64,000 nucleotides of DNA, taken from Candidatus Doudnabacteria bacterium. GTDB taxonomy: Bacteria > Patescibacteriota > Doudnabacteria > UBA920. Below are positions 9,343 to 19,223 of this stretch, one piece after another. Position numbers and translations under genes: made by a program. The notes beneath the pieces are model-generated. The model searched no databases. It worked only from the letters and a program-made list of their open reading frames with translations, and was not told the DNA's origin. Location of the stretch: contig JBBREH010000001.1 of assembly GCA_038203095.1 (NCBI GenBank), positions 431-64,430 of the forward strand, given 5' to 3'. The stretch's first letter is position 1. Each line of letters starts with the position of its first letter.

Positions 9343-9376
9343 CCCTCCCCTTGAGGGGGAGGGCTAGGGAGGGGTG
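9343..9376. repeat. G/C-rich palindromic element (intergenic copy)
   Basis: CCCTCCCC-TTGA-GGGGGAGGGCTAGGGAGGGGTG, reverse-complement match to 21724..21765. Confidence 0.65.
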
Positions 9377-9660
9377 AATTAAAGAAATCAAAGGGGGCAA
9401 CAAAGCCTCTTTTTCTTTGTCCCGTTAGCATTTATCGGCTATCGGCTAAAATTATTTTGGCTATGAGTTAAAGGCAATCTTCCGGAGCCTGTTTTATAAC
9501 CTCACCTGACCTCCCCTTTAAAAAGGAGAGGGATTAAAAACCGCCCTTGGGCGGATATTTTGTGAAAAAGAGTTTGGCGGTGTAAATATTATTATTTAAA
9601 TTGCCAGTCTCGTTTCCACAAAGCACGGTTTGTGGTAAGTGGGAACGGAAGGAGGCAGGA

Positions 9661-9882
9661 ATGCCTGTGGCAGTTTTTTCAATTGTAATCCTGCTTCTTT
9701 TGGCGGGATTTACCGCGGAGTTTTGCTGGCTCCGCAACCTCGTCCGGCAAAGTTTGCGGGATGAGGATATGGCAATCTTTTTTCGGATGGTCCAAGCGGC
9801 CATCCGCAACCTGCGGACTAACATCCGCATCTGGTGGGCTCTGCTCACCTCAATGCGCCCGCTTAAGGGCGGGTGGCAATAA
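9661..9882 (+). CDS. Hypothetical small membrane protein (73 aa)
   Basis: GGAGG RBS 6 nt upstream of the ATG; hydrophobic N-terminal helix. Confidence 0.3.
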   Translation: MPVAVFSIVILLLLAGFTAEFCWLRNLVRQSLRDEDMAIFFRMVQAAIRNLRTNIRIWWALLTSMRPLKGGWQ

Positions 9883-9896
9883 GGAGGGAAAAAATA

Positions 9897-10037
9897 ATGG
9901 AGTTTGAAATCTCCTACAGGTTGTCAAAATTCCTTTTTGCCATCGGGGTGAGTTTAGCCTCGGTCATAATTTTTGCGGCTTTCTTAGCTGCGTTAATTTG
10001 GCTGACAGGTGGCAAAAACAAAGGGGATGATAAGTAA
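9897..10037 (+). CDS. Hypothetical small membrane protein (46 aa), tandem to the previous ORF
   Basis: AGGAGG RBS at 9883; single TM helix. Below the ORF-track size cutoff. Confidence 0.25.
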   Translation: MEFEISYRLSKFLFAIGVSLASVIIFAAFLAALIWLTGGKNKGDDK

Positions 10038-10291
10038 AGGCAGACAGCAAAGTCTTTATACAAATCATCCCCCTCACACTTTTTTGTTTACTCAACCGCT
10101 TGCGAGGGTTAATTTAAATTTAGATTACAAGATCTAAACCTAAATTAACCTCCTGCCTCGCCGGCGGCTGAGTTGACGAAAACAGCGGTTTTAGCTATAA
10201 TTTGTGAGTTAAATTATTATTTAAATTTACCCTTCGACTCGCTCGCCTTAAAGGCGAGCTCGCTCAGGGTAAAATTTTCAAGGAAAATTTT

Positions 10292-10462
10292 ATGGGAGTT
10301 CCAAAAAAGCACAAAACTAAATCGGGTCGTAATCAACGCAGAAGCCATGACTCTTTAAAGGTTCGCAGTTTTGCCAAGTGCAAAAATTGCGAACAGCCGA
10401 CTATGCCACATTTGCCCTGCAAGAATTGCGGGTTTTATAAAGGACGTAAAGTTACGAAATAG
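10292..10462 (+). CDS. rpmF: 50S ribosomal protein L32
   Basis: MGVPKKHKTKSGRNQRRSHDSLK...CKNCG..KGRKV matches L32; 56 aa, below the ORF-track size cutoff. Confidence 0.8.
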   Translation: MGVPKKHKTKSGRNQRRSHDSLKVRSFAKCKNCEQPTMPHLPCKNCGFYKGRKVTK

Positions 10463-10627
10463 TAGTAAGTTGTAAGGTATGGAAACCAGTTTAGAAAATA
10501 GTAATAGGGTATTGGTTTTAGATACTGTTTGGGTAATAAGTAAACTCTTTTTTAGGACTTAGCCATATTGCTAAATCCTTATAACCATTCTGGCTTCCAC
10601 AACCTATAACTTATAACTGGTAAACTT

Positions 10628-11062
10628 ATGGCCAACAGACATTTATCCCGCACCATTGCCATGCAGTCCCTCTTTGAGTGGGATTTTAACGGACGCAAGG
10701 AAGCTTTGAATGATATTGTAAAAAATCAGGTCAAGGAAGTTGCCGGGGCATCGGACGACACCGCTTTTATTTTTGAACTCGCCCACGGCGTGGAGAAAAA
10801 TTTAGTTGCCATAGATGAAATAATTGTTAAGCACGCGCCCGAATGGCCTATGAACCAAGTGCCACCCGTAGACAGGAATGTTTTGCGTTTGGGTGTTTAT
10901 GAATTAATGTTTTTAAAACAGGTTCCGCCTAAGGTGGCCATTAACGAAGCCGTGGAAATTGGTAAAACTTTTGGGGGTGAAAGTTCCGGCAAGTTCGTTA
11001 ACGGAGTGTTAGGGGCTTTGTATAAGGAGCTGGGGCTGGAGGAAGATAGGCAGGTCGGATGA
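10628..11062 (+). CDS. nusB: Transcription antitermination factor NusB
   Basis: [17 protein letters not shown] signature; 144 aa. Confidence 0.85.
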   Translation: MANRHLSRTIAMQSLFEWDFNGRKEALNDIVKNQVKEVAGASDDTAFIFELAHGVEKNLVAIDEIIVKHAPEWPMNQVPPVDRNVLRLGVYELMFLKQVPPKVAINEAVEIGKTFGGESSGKFVNGVLGALYKELGLEEDRQVG

Positions 11063-11300
11063 ATCGGAATATCGGATTGTTGCGTGGTTAGGGTATTATA
11101 ATTTTGTCATTATTGTTTTATTTCTTTCTTTTGCCCTTAATGTGGCATTTTTTTTTAAAATAGGCTATACTCATAATAGGTTTTGCACCAAAAACTATTA
11201 TTAAAGCGTAATAGTTATTAGGAGGCGCAGGTAAACAAAATAATTAAATGCTCGCCCATAGTGCCATAAGAGCATCAAGTATGGTGAGCAAAGGAGAAAT

Positions 11301-11585
11301 ATGAATAAACTACAACTCACTGAACAATTAGCCGCTAAATTGAGCATTACCCACAGCGAAGCCGAAAGGTTTGTAAACACTTTAACCTCTATGGTTTATG
11401 ATGTCCTGCGTGGAGGAGACAAAGTAAACATTTCCGGCTTTGGGCAGTTTTCCGTTTCTCATCGCGCCAGTAGAATTGGCGTTAATCCCAGAAACCCCAG
11501 CCAGAAAATTACCATCCCCGAACTTAACACCCCCAAATTCAAAGCAGGCGAAGCCTTTAAGGAAGCTATTAAGCTGAGGCCGTAA
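11301..11585 (+). CDS. hupB: HU/IHF-family DNA-binding protein
   Basis: GFGQFSV..R.SRIGVNPRNP arm motif; 94 aa. Confidence 0.85.
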   Translation: MNKLQLTEQLAAKLSITHSEAERFVNTLTSMVYDVLRGGDKVNISGFGQFSVSHRASRIGVNPRNPSQKITIPELNTPKFKAGEAFKEAIKLRP

Positions 11586-11616
11586 TAAAAATTGTTAGCT
11601 AAATAAAGAATATCAA

Positions 11617-11647
11617 AAAAGCCTCTTTTCATATGGAGGCTTTTTTG
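11617..11647 (+). terminator. Rho-independent terminator after the HU gene
   Basis: AAAGCCTC...GAGGCTTTTTTG. Confidence 0.7.
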
Positions 11648-11678
11648 TTATAATCCAGCAGGATAAAAAAATATTTTT

Positions 11679-11753
11679 TGCGAGTATCGTATAATGGTTA
11701 TTATCTCAGTTTTCCAAACTGATGATGCGGGTTCGATTCCCGCTACTCGCTCC
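11679..11753 (+). tRNA. tRNA-Gly (anticodon TCC), CCA encoded
   Basis: Acceptor GCGAGTA/TACTCGC; anticodon stem TCAGT/ACTGA with loop TTTCCAA; T-arm GCGGG-TTCGATT-CCCGC. Confidence 0.8.
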
Positions 11754-11993
11754 AGACTTCGCTAAAGCTTCGTTTGGCTTACACCAACAGAAGATTTGTC
11801 GAAGATTGGGTGAATATAAAAATTTAAAAAAAGCGAAGTCTGCGCATAGTAATCTGATCAAGGCGGGCGACAAATATTGAAAATTAAATTACTATCCTTG
11901 TCTGCTTTGGGTCATGTACACCATGTTTGGACTGAACTGTTCTAAGAATGTATAATTTTAATCATTGATAGTTAATATAATAATTTTTAGCGT

Positions 11994-13088
11994 ATGAAAA
12001 AATTATTTTTTGTGTTCCCAATTATTTTACTGGTAGCCGCGGCGTGTAATTTGTCCACCTCTCAGTCCACTAAGGAACAGAGCTCGTCAAAGCAACAATC
12101 GCAGAGTACTAATAGTCCAACAACTAGTCCATCACAAAATCAAGAACCCCAGACAACTAATGGTATTAGTTGGGAAACTTACACCAGCAAGACACTATAT
12201 TTTTCCGTTCAATACCCTTCCGACTGGAAAACAGGTTCGCGTAGTTCTGGTGACAAGCCCGACTCTGTTCTTTACGAGCCTCAATTCCTTGACCTGGCAA
12301 CTGTCCAAGCGAGAGTTTATTTTAAATTTGACAATTGTCCTTATGCTGATGCATTCAATTGCATAAAATACCATTTCACAAAAAGTTACTCATCTGGCGA
12401 CCCCAACTGGAAATTTAACTCTAATAATATTCAAACGATAACAGCCTTGGACGGATTAAAAGGGGTATACTATGACAATTACGATTCTTTAGTTCCTAAC
12501 AAGTTAGTGATATTTTCTTATCCATTTTTACCACCCGGCGCAGAAGGTAAGGGATATTCAAATCCTACAATGTATATCTATATGGAAAGTACCAAGGGGA
12601 GGGATAATCACACTGACCCTATTTCAGCCGAGGGGAATGATATTTTTCTAAAAATGGTAAGATCATTCAAATTTAGCAATTACCAACCGGTTGCCGCGGC
12701 TCCAGCCAATAGTGGAGCAATCACGCTCGATGCGGCGACCAAAGTGGCGGTCACTCAGGCTATTATTAGCGGTTATAATATTTTGGCTTCAAAGGATGTA
12801 ACGAAGATTCGTAATTATTTTGAAACAGAATCCCAGGGTACAGACCAAGAAGCTCAAATTACAAAAATGAGCGATGCCCAGTTGCTACAACTAGCGGAGA
12901 ATGCTGTGGGTAATTCGGGAATACCGCTGGCAAGTTTGGCGACAGATTCTGCGGCCGACTGGAAGGTGGATGGCAATACCGTAAAAGTTACACACAAAAC
13001 CTACGCCCTACCAAATCCTAAATATCCTGCAATATCTGTTCTAAACGTGACATATCAAGCTATGTTTATAAATGGTGTTTGGTACTAA
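11994..13088 (+). CDS. Putative lipoprotein (S/Q-rich linker), hypothetical
   Basis: Signal peptide with lipobox LVAAAC; low-complexity S/Q/T stretch. Confidence 0.5.
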   Translation: MKKLFFVFPIILLVAAACNLSTSQSTKEQSSSKQQSQSTNSPTTSPSQNQEPQTTNGISWETYTSKTLYFSVQYPSDWKTGSRSSGDKPDSVLYEPQFLDLATVQARVYFKFDNCPYADAFNCIKYHFTKSYSSGDPNWKFNSNNIQTITALDGLKGVYYDNYDSLVPNKLVIFSYPFLPPGAEGKGYSNPTMYIYMESTKGRDNHTDPISAEGNDIFLKMVRSFKFSNYQPVAAAPANSGAITLDAATKVAVTQAIISGYNILASKDVTKIRNYFETESQGTDQEAQITKMSDAQLLQLAENAVGNSGIPLASLATDSAADWKVDGNTVKVTHKTYALPNPKYPAISVLNVTYQAMFINGVWY

Positions 13089-13132
13089 AAGTTCAACAAC
13101 CCTATCAATTTAAAATAGATTCATAATAAAAA

Positions 13133-13891
13133 ATGATATTTTTTTCAAACTTAAAACAACAAGCAGTAATCTTCCTCGAGTCTTATAAAAGCAAGGAGCC
13201 AGCTACATACGCAGCAGCCGAGCAGGCCATCGGCGCTATTTTGATAACCGATGGTTTTATAGGAATTGATAATCCATTTGGGCACAAAAAACGTCCCGGT
13301 ATATTTGGTACTATGGGGGGGATGGTTTTGGGAATTATTTTCATGTTCATTCCGAGCATTTTTGGAAATATATCAGGCATTAACAGTATGACCGCAACGA
13401 CTTCGGCAACAGTCGTTTTAGTCGGTCAGGCCAGTTATACAAGTAACAGTAATGGCCGTAGCAGTGCTGCGTGTCCGCTTACTGTCGGCTACTCGGTTAA
13501 TGGCCAAGCATATACTCAGCAATCGTCTATATCCTCTTCAAACTACTGTTCTTTGTCACAAGGACAAATAATTACTATCAATTACAATCCTGCCAGTCCG
13601 GGTTCTTGGGTTTATGGAGCCAAGACAATTAGCAATATTCTGCAAATATTCTTTTGGGCGGGATTGTTAGTTTTAATTTCCAGCGCAGTCACATTTTTTA
13701 TTCGCTTATTCAGTATTATTTTTGGTTGGAAATTGTTAAAGGACGGACGAAAAAATGCCGCCAGCTTGCTTTCGGGAACGAATATACAAACTATGATTGA
13801 CGAAATAAAACGAAATTTTACCGCATCAATTTTTGGTTTTGGAGGCACGCAAAGTATTACAACGCCCGGTAATGTGCCCTCTATAAAATGA
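13133..13891 (+). CDS. Hypothetical membrane protein
   Basis: 252 aa with two or more TM segments. Confidence 0.4.
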   Translation: MIFFSNLKQQAVIFLESYKSKEPATYAAAEQAIGAILITDGFIGIDNPFGHKKRPGIFGTMGGMVLGIIFMFIPSIFGNISGINSMTATTSATVVLVGQASYTSNSNGRSSAACPLTVGYSVNGQAYTQQSSISSSNYCSLSQGQIITINYNPASPGSWVYGAKTISNILQIFFWAGLLVLISSAVTFFIRLFSIIFGWKLLKDGRKNAASLLSGTNIQTMIDEIKRNFTASIFGFGGTQSITTPGNVPSIK

Positions 13892-13892
13892 C

Positions 13893-13917
13893 CGGGTGAT
13901 TTCCGCTACTGGCTCCA
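13893..13917 (+). repeat. Degenerate direct copy of the tRNA-Gly 3' end (candidate att-site remnant)
   Basis: CGGGTGATTTCCGCTACTGGCTCCAGA versus the tRNA 3' end CGGGTTCGATTCCCGCTACTCGCTCCAGA. Confidence 0.55.
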
Positions 13918-13958
13918 GAAAAAACATCACCAAAGTGTGATGTTTTTTCTTTTTTTTC
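13918..13958 (+). terminator. Rho-independent terminator
   Basis: AAAACATCAC-CAAAGT-GTGATGTTTT followed by a long T-run. Confidence 0.65.
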
Positions 13959-14173
13959 ACAAAAAATGGTATAATGGGATTATTGTTGAATGGCATTTTG
14001 ACTGCAAATTGAAAATTTAGACCATTCAGCCAAAAAAATTTATCCGCTTAACTAAATGTTAAACGTCAAAATTTATTTTGACTGACTGTCTCATATATTT
14101 CAATTTTCGTCTGAAAAGCCCATTCGGCAACAGTCCCATAATATAGTTAATAAAAATTAAGTTATTAAATCAA

Positions 14174-16294
14174 ATGAAACAAAAACTTTTTGCATTCATA
14201 GCAACGCTGGCTTTACTTTTTTCTTTGCTGCCTCTGTCAGCCGGTGCTTTAAGCTATCAGACAGTTAAAGATTCCCAAATAGGAATGGTGAAGGGGGATA
14301 CCACTGTAGCCTCTCCAAGAGACGGCCAGATAATCAGTTTAAACGGCACTGTTTATTTAGTTGACCTCGCCGGTCTTTATGGCTTCCCCAGCCTGACAGT
14401 GTTTAAATCTTGGGGATACCTGCCGGAGAAGATATTGCCAGCACTTCCAACAGAAAGCGCTTTGTCGATGCTCGATTTGGTGCCTATGCGCGATTCCGGC
14501 TGCAGCAACCCTCTGGCTCAAATACATGGTACTTGCGGTGGTTCTTCTCCCAGAATAGGCCAGTTAGTCAAAACCCAGGACAGAACCATTTACGTGGTTG
14601 TCCAAGGTGGCCTTTTAGGCATTCCAAGTTTAGAAGTTTTTAAATCTTGGGGCTTTGCTTCAAACCAAATTGCCTTTGCTAATTCCGCTGAATCTTCCCT
14701 GTCACAAATTGGTCTGGTACCCTCCCGTGACCCTGCCTGCAAGACGCCAATGGACCAGCTTAGTAGCCTCTGCGGGACTGCCGCTTCCGCCTCGCCCAGA
14801 ACCGGCCAGCTAATTACTAAAGGCAAGACCATTTATTTAGTCAGTCCAACTCCGAGTCTGCTGGCTTTTTCTAGCAAAGAAATTTTTTATTCTTGGGGCT
14901 TTACTTTTAAACAGATTATCCAAGCCAATAAAGCTGAGCTAGCCTTAGCCCAAACGAACCTGGTGCCAATGAAGGATCCTAACTGTCAAACTGCCTGGGA
15001 TCAGCTTGCCGGAAGTTGTATAGTTAGGCAGCAAACTTTAGACATATCCACAAATATGGGTCCCGCGATTGTTGGCCAAAAATATATTGCAAATTTTACT
15101 ATTGTTAATGGGGGCTTGCAGAATAGCAGTAGCTTAACAGGAACAGGGGCTCCAGCCGGATTGTCTTTTTCAAATTCCGTACGTCGTATGTATGCGTGTG
15201 ATCCTTTGCCGGATGGTACTGGTTGTGGTGGTTTGTTATCGGATCCAACTTACGCAATTTTGTCTGGGACTCCAACTCAAGCCGGTAGCTTTGTTTTGGA
15301 GTTAGTTGCTGTTTCTAATGGGCAAACGGTGAGCAAACACTTTACCCTGGTAGTCAATCCTACAAGCAGTACAGCACCTGTGATTTCATCGTTAAGTTTG
15401 ACCTCAGGAGCTGTTGGCGCAACTCTTATTATTACCGGCAGCGGGTTGAATGTATTTCAAAATGCCGGAAATGGAGATTCTGTGGGTTATAATATTTGGT
15501 TTACTAATGGCAATTACTCAATACCAATGAACGGGACAATTAGTAGCGATAATCTTATTAACGCCAAAATTCCTGAAACTCTGTGTCCCGGTAATGAGCG
15601 ATTTTCCTGCACCTCTTTAGACACAATTAAAGTTAGCCCGGGCGACTACTCCATTTATGTAAAAGGTGTTAATGGAAGTTCTCTGGTGACCAATAAGCTT
15701 ACTTATACAGTTACTTCCCCTCAAACTTCCACCTCCTGCGTTATTAACTCTTTTGCCGCCACATCCAGCACTATTAATGTCGGGCAGTCAACACAGCTAG
15801 CCTTTAGCCTGACTAACTGCACCGACTCAAATATTAAGATCCTTGACGATACCAATACTTACCTTGGTTTTAACTCTCCTTCTCCGGTAACCATTTCTCC
15901 AACTGCCACCAAGACTTATGTGCTTAGCGCTTCCAACGCGATCGGTGCTGCAACTAGTCAAAAAGTCACAGTTACGGTTACTGGTGTGCTGGCTTATTCT
16001 TGCCTTCCCAGTGGTGTTAGCTCGGACACACTTGTTTCGTCGGACATTGGCGCGTACAATACAGTGACTGTTTCGCAAAAGCTAAGTTCCTTGAGAGCCG
16101 TATGCCAAGGAGACAAACTGGTTGACGGCAGTGGCAAACCAATTTATTTTTATAATTTAATTGGTTGCTGGGGTAATCCGCCAAATAATTATTTGGAGTT
16201 AATGGCCAATCAATCTCAAGAAATTGCCAAATTGCAATTCCAATACAATGTTATTACCATACCTTGTAGTACTTCGCGCTTTCAAATTCAATAG
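14174..16294 (+). CDS. Large secreted repeat protein (cell-surface), hypothetical
   Basis: Signal peptide; three or four ~90-aa modules with a PSL.VFKSWGF/Y motif and paired Cys; T/S-rich C-terminal half. Modules are shared with the 30008..33655 protein. Confidence 0.6.
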   Translation: MKQKLFAFIATLALLFSLLPLSAGALSYQTVKDSQIGMVKGDTTVASPRDGQIISLNGTVYLVDLAGLYGFPSLTVFKSWGYLPEKILPALPTESALSMLDLVPMRDSGCSNPLAQIHGTCGGSSPRIGQLVKTQDRTIYVVVQGGLLGIPSLEVFKSWGFASNQIAFANSAESSLSQIGLVPSRDPACKTPMDQLSSLCGTAASASPRTGQLITKGKTIYLVSPTPSLLAFSSKEIFYSWGFTFKQIIQANKAELALAQTNLVPMKDPNCQTAWDQLAGSCIVRQQTLDISTNMGPAIVGQKYIANFTIVNGGLQNSSSLTGTGAPAGLSFSNSVRRMYACDPLPDGTGCGGLLSDPTYAILSGTPTQAGSFVLELVAVSNGQTVSKHFTLVVNPTSSTAPVISSLSLTSGAVGATLIITGSGLNVFQNAGNGDSVGYNIWFTNGNYSIPMNGTISSDNLINAKIPETLCPGNERFSCTSLDTIKVSPGDYSIYVKGVNGSSLVTNKLTYTVTSPQTSTSCVINSFAATSSTINVGQSTQLAFSLTNCTDSNIKILDDTNTYLGFNSPSPVTISPTATKTYVLSASNAIGAATSQKVTVTVTGVLAYSCLPSGVSSDTLVSSDIGAYNTVTVSQKLSSLRAVCQGDKLVDGSGKPIYFYNLIGCWGNPPNNYLELMANQSQEIAKLQFQYNVITIPCSTSRFQIQ

Positions 16295-16310
16295 CGACAT
16301 CTTTAAATTT

Positions 16311-16341
16311 AAACCGCTTCGATTTTTGAGGCGGTTTTTGT
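16311..16341 (+). terminator. Rho-independent terminator
   Basis: AACCGCTTC...GAGGCGGTTTTTG. Confidence 0.55.
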
Positions 16342-16390
16342 TTAATTGACAGAATTTTAGGCAAAAGGTATTATATTAATAATTAAATAA

Positions 16391-16482
16391 TACTTATCAA
16401 GAGACTCCGATGTATCGGGGCGGCAACCTATCCTAAATAACCTTGGGCAAGGTGCCAATTCGCCAAAGGCGGATGATAAGAA
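16391..16482 (+). promoter_or_regulatory. SAM-I-clan (S-box-like) riboswitch in the metK leader
   Basis: P1 strand CTTATCAAGAG pairs with GATGATAAG. Conserved GGCAACC and GGTGCCAATTC elements. AGGAG RBS and the metK ATG follow directly. Confidence 0.6.
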
Positions 16483-16496
16483 AAGGAGATTTTTTA

Positions 16497-17684
16497 ATGC
16501 CAAAAAATATCGGTCAACAAAAAAAAGTTTATACCTTTACTTCGGAATCGGTCACCGAAGGACATCCGGACAAAGTTTGCGACCAAATTAGCGACGCCAT
16601 TTACGATGAAATGCTTCGCCAGGATAAAAAGGCTCACGCGGGCATTGAATGTTTTGCAACTACGGGTTTGGTTATTGTTGGCGGAGAAGCGCGGACTAAG
16701 GCGTATGTTGATATTCAATCTATAGTCCGTCGGACACTTAAAAGAATTGGTTATGACAAGCCCGAGTATGGTTTTTGCTCAACAGATGTAGGCGTAATTA
16801 GTACTTTACACGAGCAGTCGCCGGACATTGCCCAGGGAGTAGACGAAGGCAAGGGCGAGTTTAAAGAACAAGGCGCGGGAGACCAGGGGCTTATGTTTGG
16901 CTTTGCCTGCGACGAAACCAAAGAGTTAATGCCGTTGCCAATATCGTTGGCACATCGCTTGGCGCGCAAATTGGCCGAAGTGCGCAAAAACGGCAAGTTG
17001 CCGTATTTAAGACCCGATGGCAAAACTCAGGTAAGTATGCAGTATGTAGACGGCAAACCTAAAGCCGTAATGAACGTTGTGGTAGCTGCGCATCATAGCG
17101 AAGACGTTACAACGGAAAAATTAAGAAGTGAGATTAAAAAATTTGTCATTGAGCCGGTTTTGGGCAAGTGGTTAAAAAAGGACACACAAATTTTTATTAA
17201 TTCCACCGGCCGGTTTGTGCTGGGCGGTCCGCCGGCAGACGCGGGACTTACCGGACGCAAAATTATTGTAGACACTTACGGCGGTTACGCGCCCCATGGC
17301 GGGGGAGCTTTTAGCGGCAAGTGTGTAACTAAAGTTGACCGTTCAGCCGCTTACGCCGCCCGCTACATTGCCAAAAATATTGTCGCTTCCGGTCTATCTA
17401 AAAAATGCTTGGTTCAACTGGCGTACGCCATTGGTGTGGCCAAGCCGGTGTCGGTTATGGTGGATACTTCCGGCACGGGAAAAATTTCCGATGTCCGTTT
17501 AGGTGAAATTGTCGAGCAAATTTTCCCCATCAAGCCCGCGGACATTATTCGCCAACTTAACCTGGAACGCCCGATTTACGAACAAACCGCGGCCTATGGC
17601 CATTTTGGGAGAACCGATATTAAAGTGCCTTGGGAGAAGACGGATAAGATTAGGCAGTTAAGAGTCCTGGCTAAAAAGAAATAA
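16497..17684 (+). CDS. metK: S-adenosylmethionine synthetase
   Basis: [14 protein letters not shown] and GGGAFSGK motifs. ATG at 16497; the track start at 16443 lies inside the riboswitch. Confidence 0.9.
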   Translation: MPKNIGQQKKVYTFTSESVTEGHPDKVCDQISDAIYDEMLRQDKKAHAGIECFATTGLVIVGGEARTKAYVDIQSIVRRTLKRIGYDKPEYGFCSTDVGVISTLHEQSPDIAQGVDEGKGEFKEQGAGDQGLMFGFACDETKELMPLPISLAHRLARKLAEVRKNGKLPYLRPDGKTQVSMQYVDGKPKAVMNVVVAAHHSEDVTTEKLRSEIKKFVIEPVLGKWLKKDTQIFINSTGRFVLGGPPADAGLTGRKIIVDTYGGYAPHGGGAFSGKCVTKVDRSAAYAARYIAKNIVASGLSKKCLVQLAYAIGVAKPVSVMVDTSGTGKISDVRLGEIVEQIFPIKPADIIRQLNLERPIYEQTAAYGHFGRTDIKVPWEKTDKIRQLRVLAKKK

Positions 17685-17957
17685 TTCGCCGCGACTTCCC
17701 TCCTAAGTCCGCTTAAGGCGGGCGAAAGAGGGGAGAATACAAACAAGGTGAAGGAGCTTAAGAATATGACTAAGGGGAAAAAGTAATAATAAGCCTACAA
17801 TGGGCATCATTGCATATGTAATGATGCCCATTGTATCTGGTCCAATTAATTTTGAATTATTCAGGAATTAAGTCTATAATGACTATAAATCTTCTTGAAA
17901 AAAGCCATTAAGTGAGCAGTGTTTTAAAAGGTAGTGTAATTAATTATATTATTTATT

Positions 17958-19211
17958 ATGGGAATATCGGAACATAAGCATCAGCCAACAAGCCCTGCGG
18001 AATCAGGAGAAATTTCGGAAGTAGAAGTAATTGCTAGGAGAATTTATGAGAGTTTAAATATCGCGTTATCAAAAATCCCTCTGGATCCGGCTAATCCTTT
18101 TGAAGTTCGTGAATTTCCTAATTATTTAGCATCTAGGGCAGCGAGTTACGAAAGTGTTGGAGATATAGCCAAAGCTTTAAGTTTGTATGAGCAACTTTTA
18201 GAATTTTATGAGACTGGGCCATTGCTTATTGATAGAGATGTACAGTCATTTGATACATTAAAAGCACAGGCAGCCATTAAAGGAGTTGTTAGAATGGGCG
18301 GTAATCCGAGTGGTGCTTTAAAGAGGCTTGGCAAAATTTGTCATAGAACTGTTTCGCCCGATGCTCTGTCTCAAGCATCAGCCGTAGTTTGGAAAAGCAA
18401 TTTTTCGAGTGGAGGGAATTCTAAGATTACTAATCAAGAAGTTTGCGATCTTTTATTAGCATTGCCGGAAAATCCAACATTAGCTCAACTAGAGAAAATA
18501 AAAACTTTGTCTACAGAAGATGAAAAAAGAATTGCAGAACTTAACAAAAAATATGAAGGCCATCTACAAAACGCAAGGGCGTTATATGTCGCACCTTCTG
18601 AGACAGCAAAAGCGCAATTTACAGATGCTGATCATCTAGAATTTGAAAATTTAAGGGAAAAGGCATCAGCGCAAGCTATGTTAAGGAGCTTTGGCTCGAC
18701 AATGCTCAAATTGGCAGGAGAGGGTATAAGAAATTATTCACAAGTAGCTATTTTAGCTCATAAGATGGGAATGGTTGAGGAATCCGAACAATTTTTAAAA
18801 CAAGCAAAAGTAGTAGCACAAATGGGACAAATGGATATAAAGTTAGTTATAAAAGGAAGTTTGGAACTTCCCGCAATTGAAAGTTATAGCAGAGATTCAG
18901 CTATGGAAATAGCAGGTGTTTTAAAAGCGACTGATAACTTTCAAGAGGGTATTGAGTTTATATTTAAATATGCAGAAATTAACCGCGACACGCTTTATTA
19001 TTTAGGAGAAACCCTTCCGCAACTTTTGAAAATTAAACCTAAGGACCCCGAGGTCTTAGGGCTAGTACAAAATTTTTTAGATTGTCATAAAAATCTTCCT
19101 ATGATTTCAAATAAGATTTCATTGTTAGATTATGACCCTTATGTTGTAGAGCCGAAAGCAAAAATAGCTTTATTGTTGAAGCAACAGTTTGGATTTAAGG
19201 GTATTGCTTAA
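17958..19211 (+). CDS. Hypothetical protein
   Basis: 417-aa ORF; no recognisable family. Confidence 0.45.
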   Translation: MGISEHKHQPTSPAESGEISEVEVIARRIYESLNIALSKIPLDPANPFEVREFPNYLASRAASYESVGDIAKALSLYEQLLEFYETGPLLIDRDVQSFDTLKAQAAIKGVVRMGGNPSGALKRLGKICHRTVSPDALSQASAVVWKSNFSSGGNSKITNQEVCDLLLALPENPTLAQLEKIKTLSTEDEKRIAELNKKYEGHLQNARALYVAPSETAKAQFTDADHLEFENLREKASAQAMLRSFGSTMLKLAGEGIRNYSQVAILAHKMGMVEESEQFLKQAKVVAQMGQMDIKLVIKGSLELPAIESYSRDSAMEIAGVLKATDNFQEGIEFIFKYAEINRDTLYYLGETLPQLLKIKPKDPEVLGLVQNFLDCHKNLPMISNKISLLDYDPYVVEPKAKIALLLKQQFGFKGIA

Positions 19212-19223
19212 TTAGTATATTTT

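Noticed and set aside
9628-9680. GGAACGGAAGGAGGCAGG looked like an SRP-RNA domain IV motif
   Set aside because: It is positioned exactly as a Shine-Dalgarno (GGAGG) 6 nt before an ATG of a plausible small ORF; no flanking SRP helix could be built.
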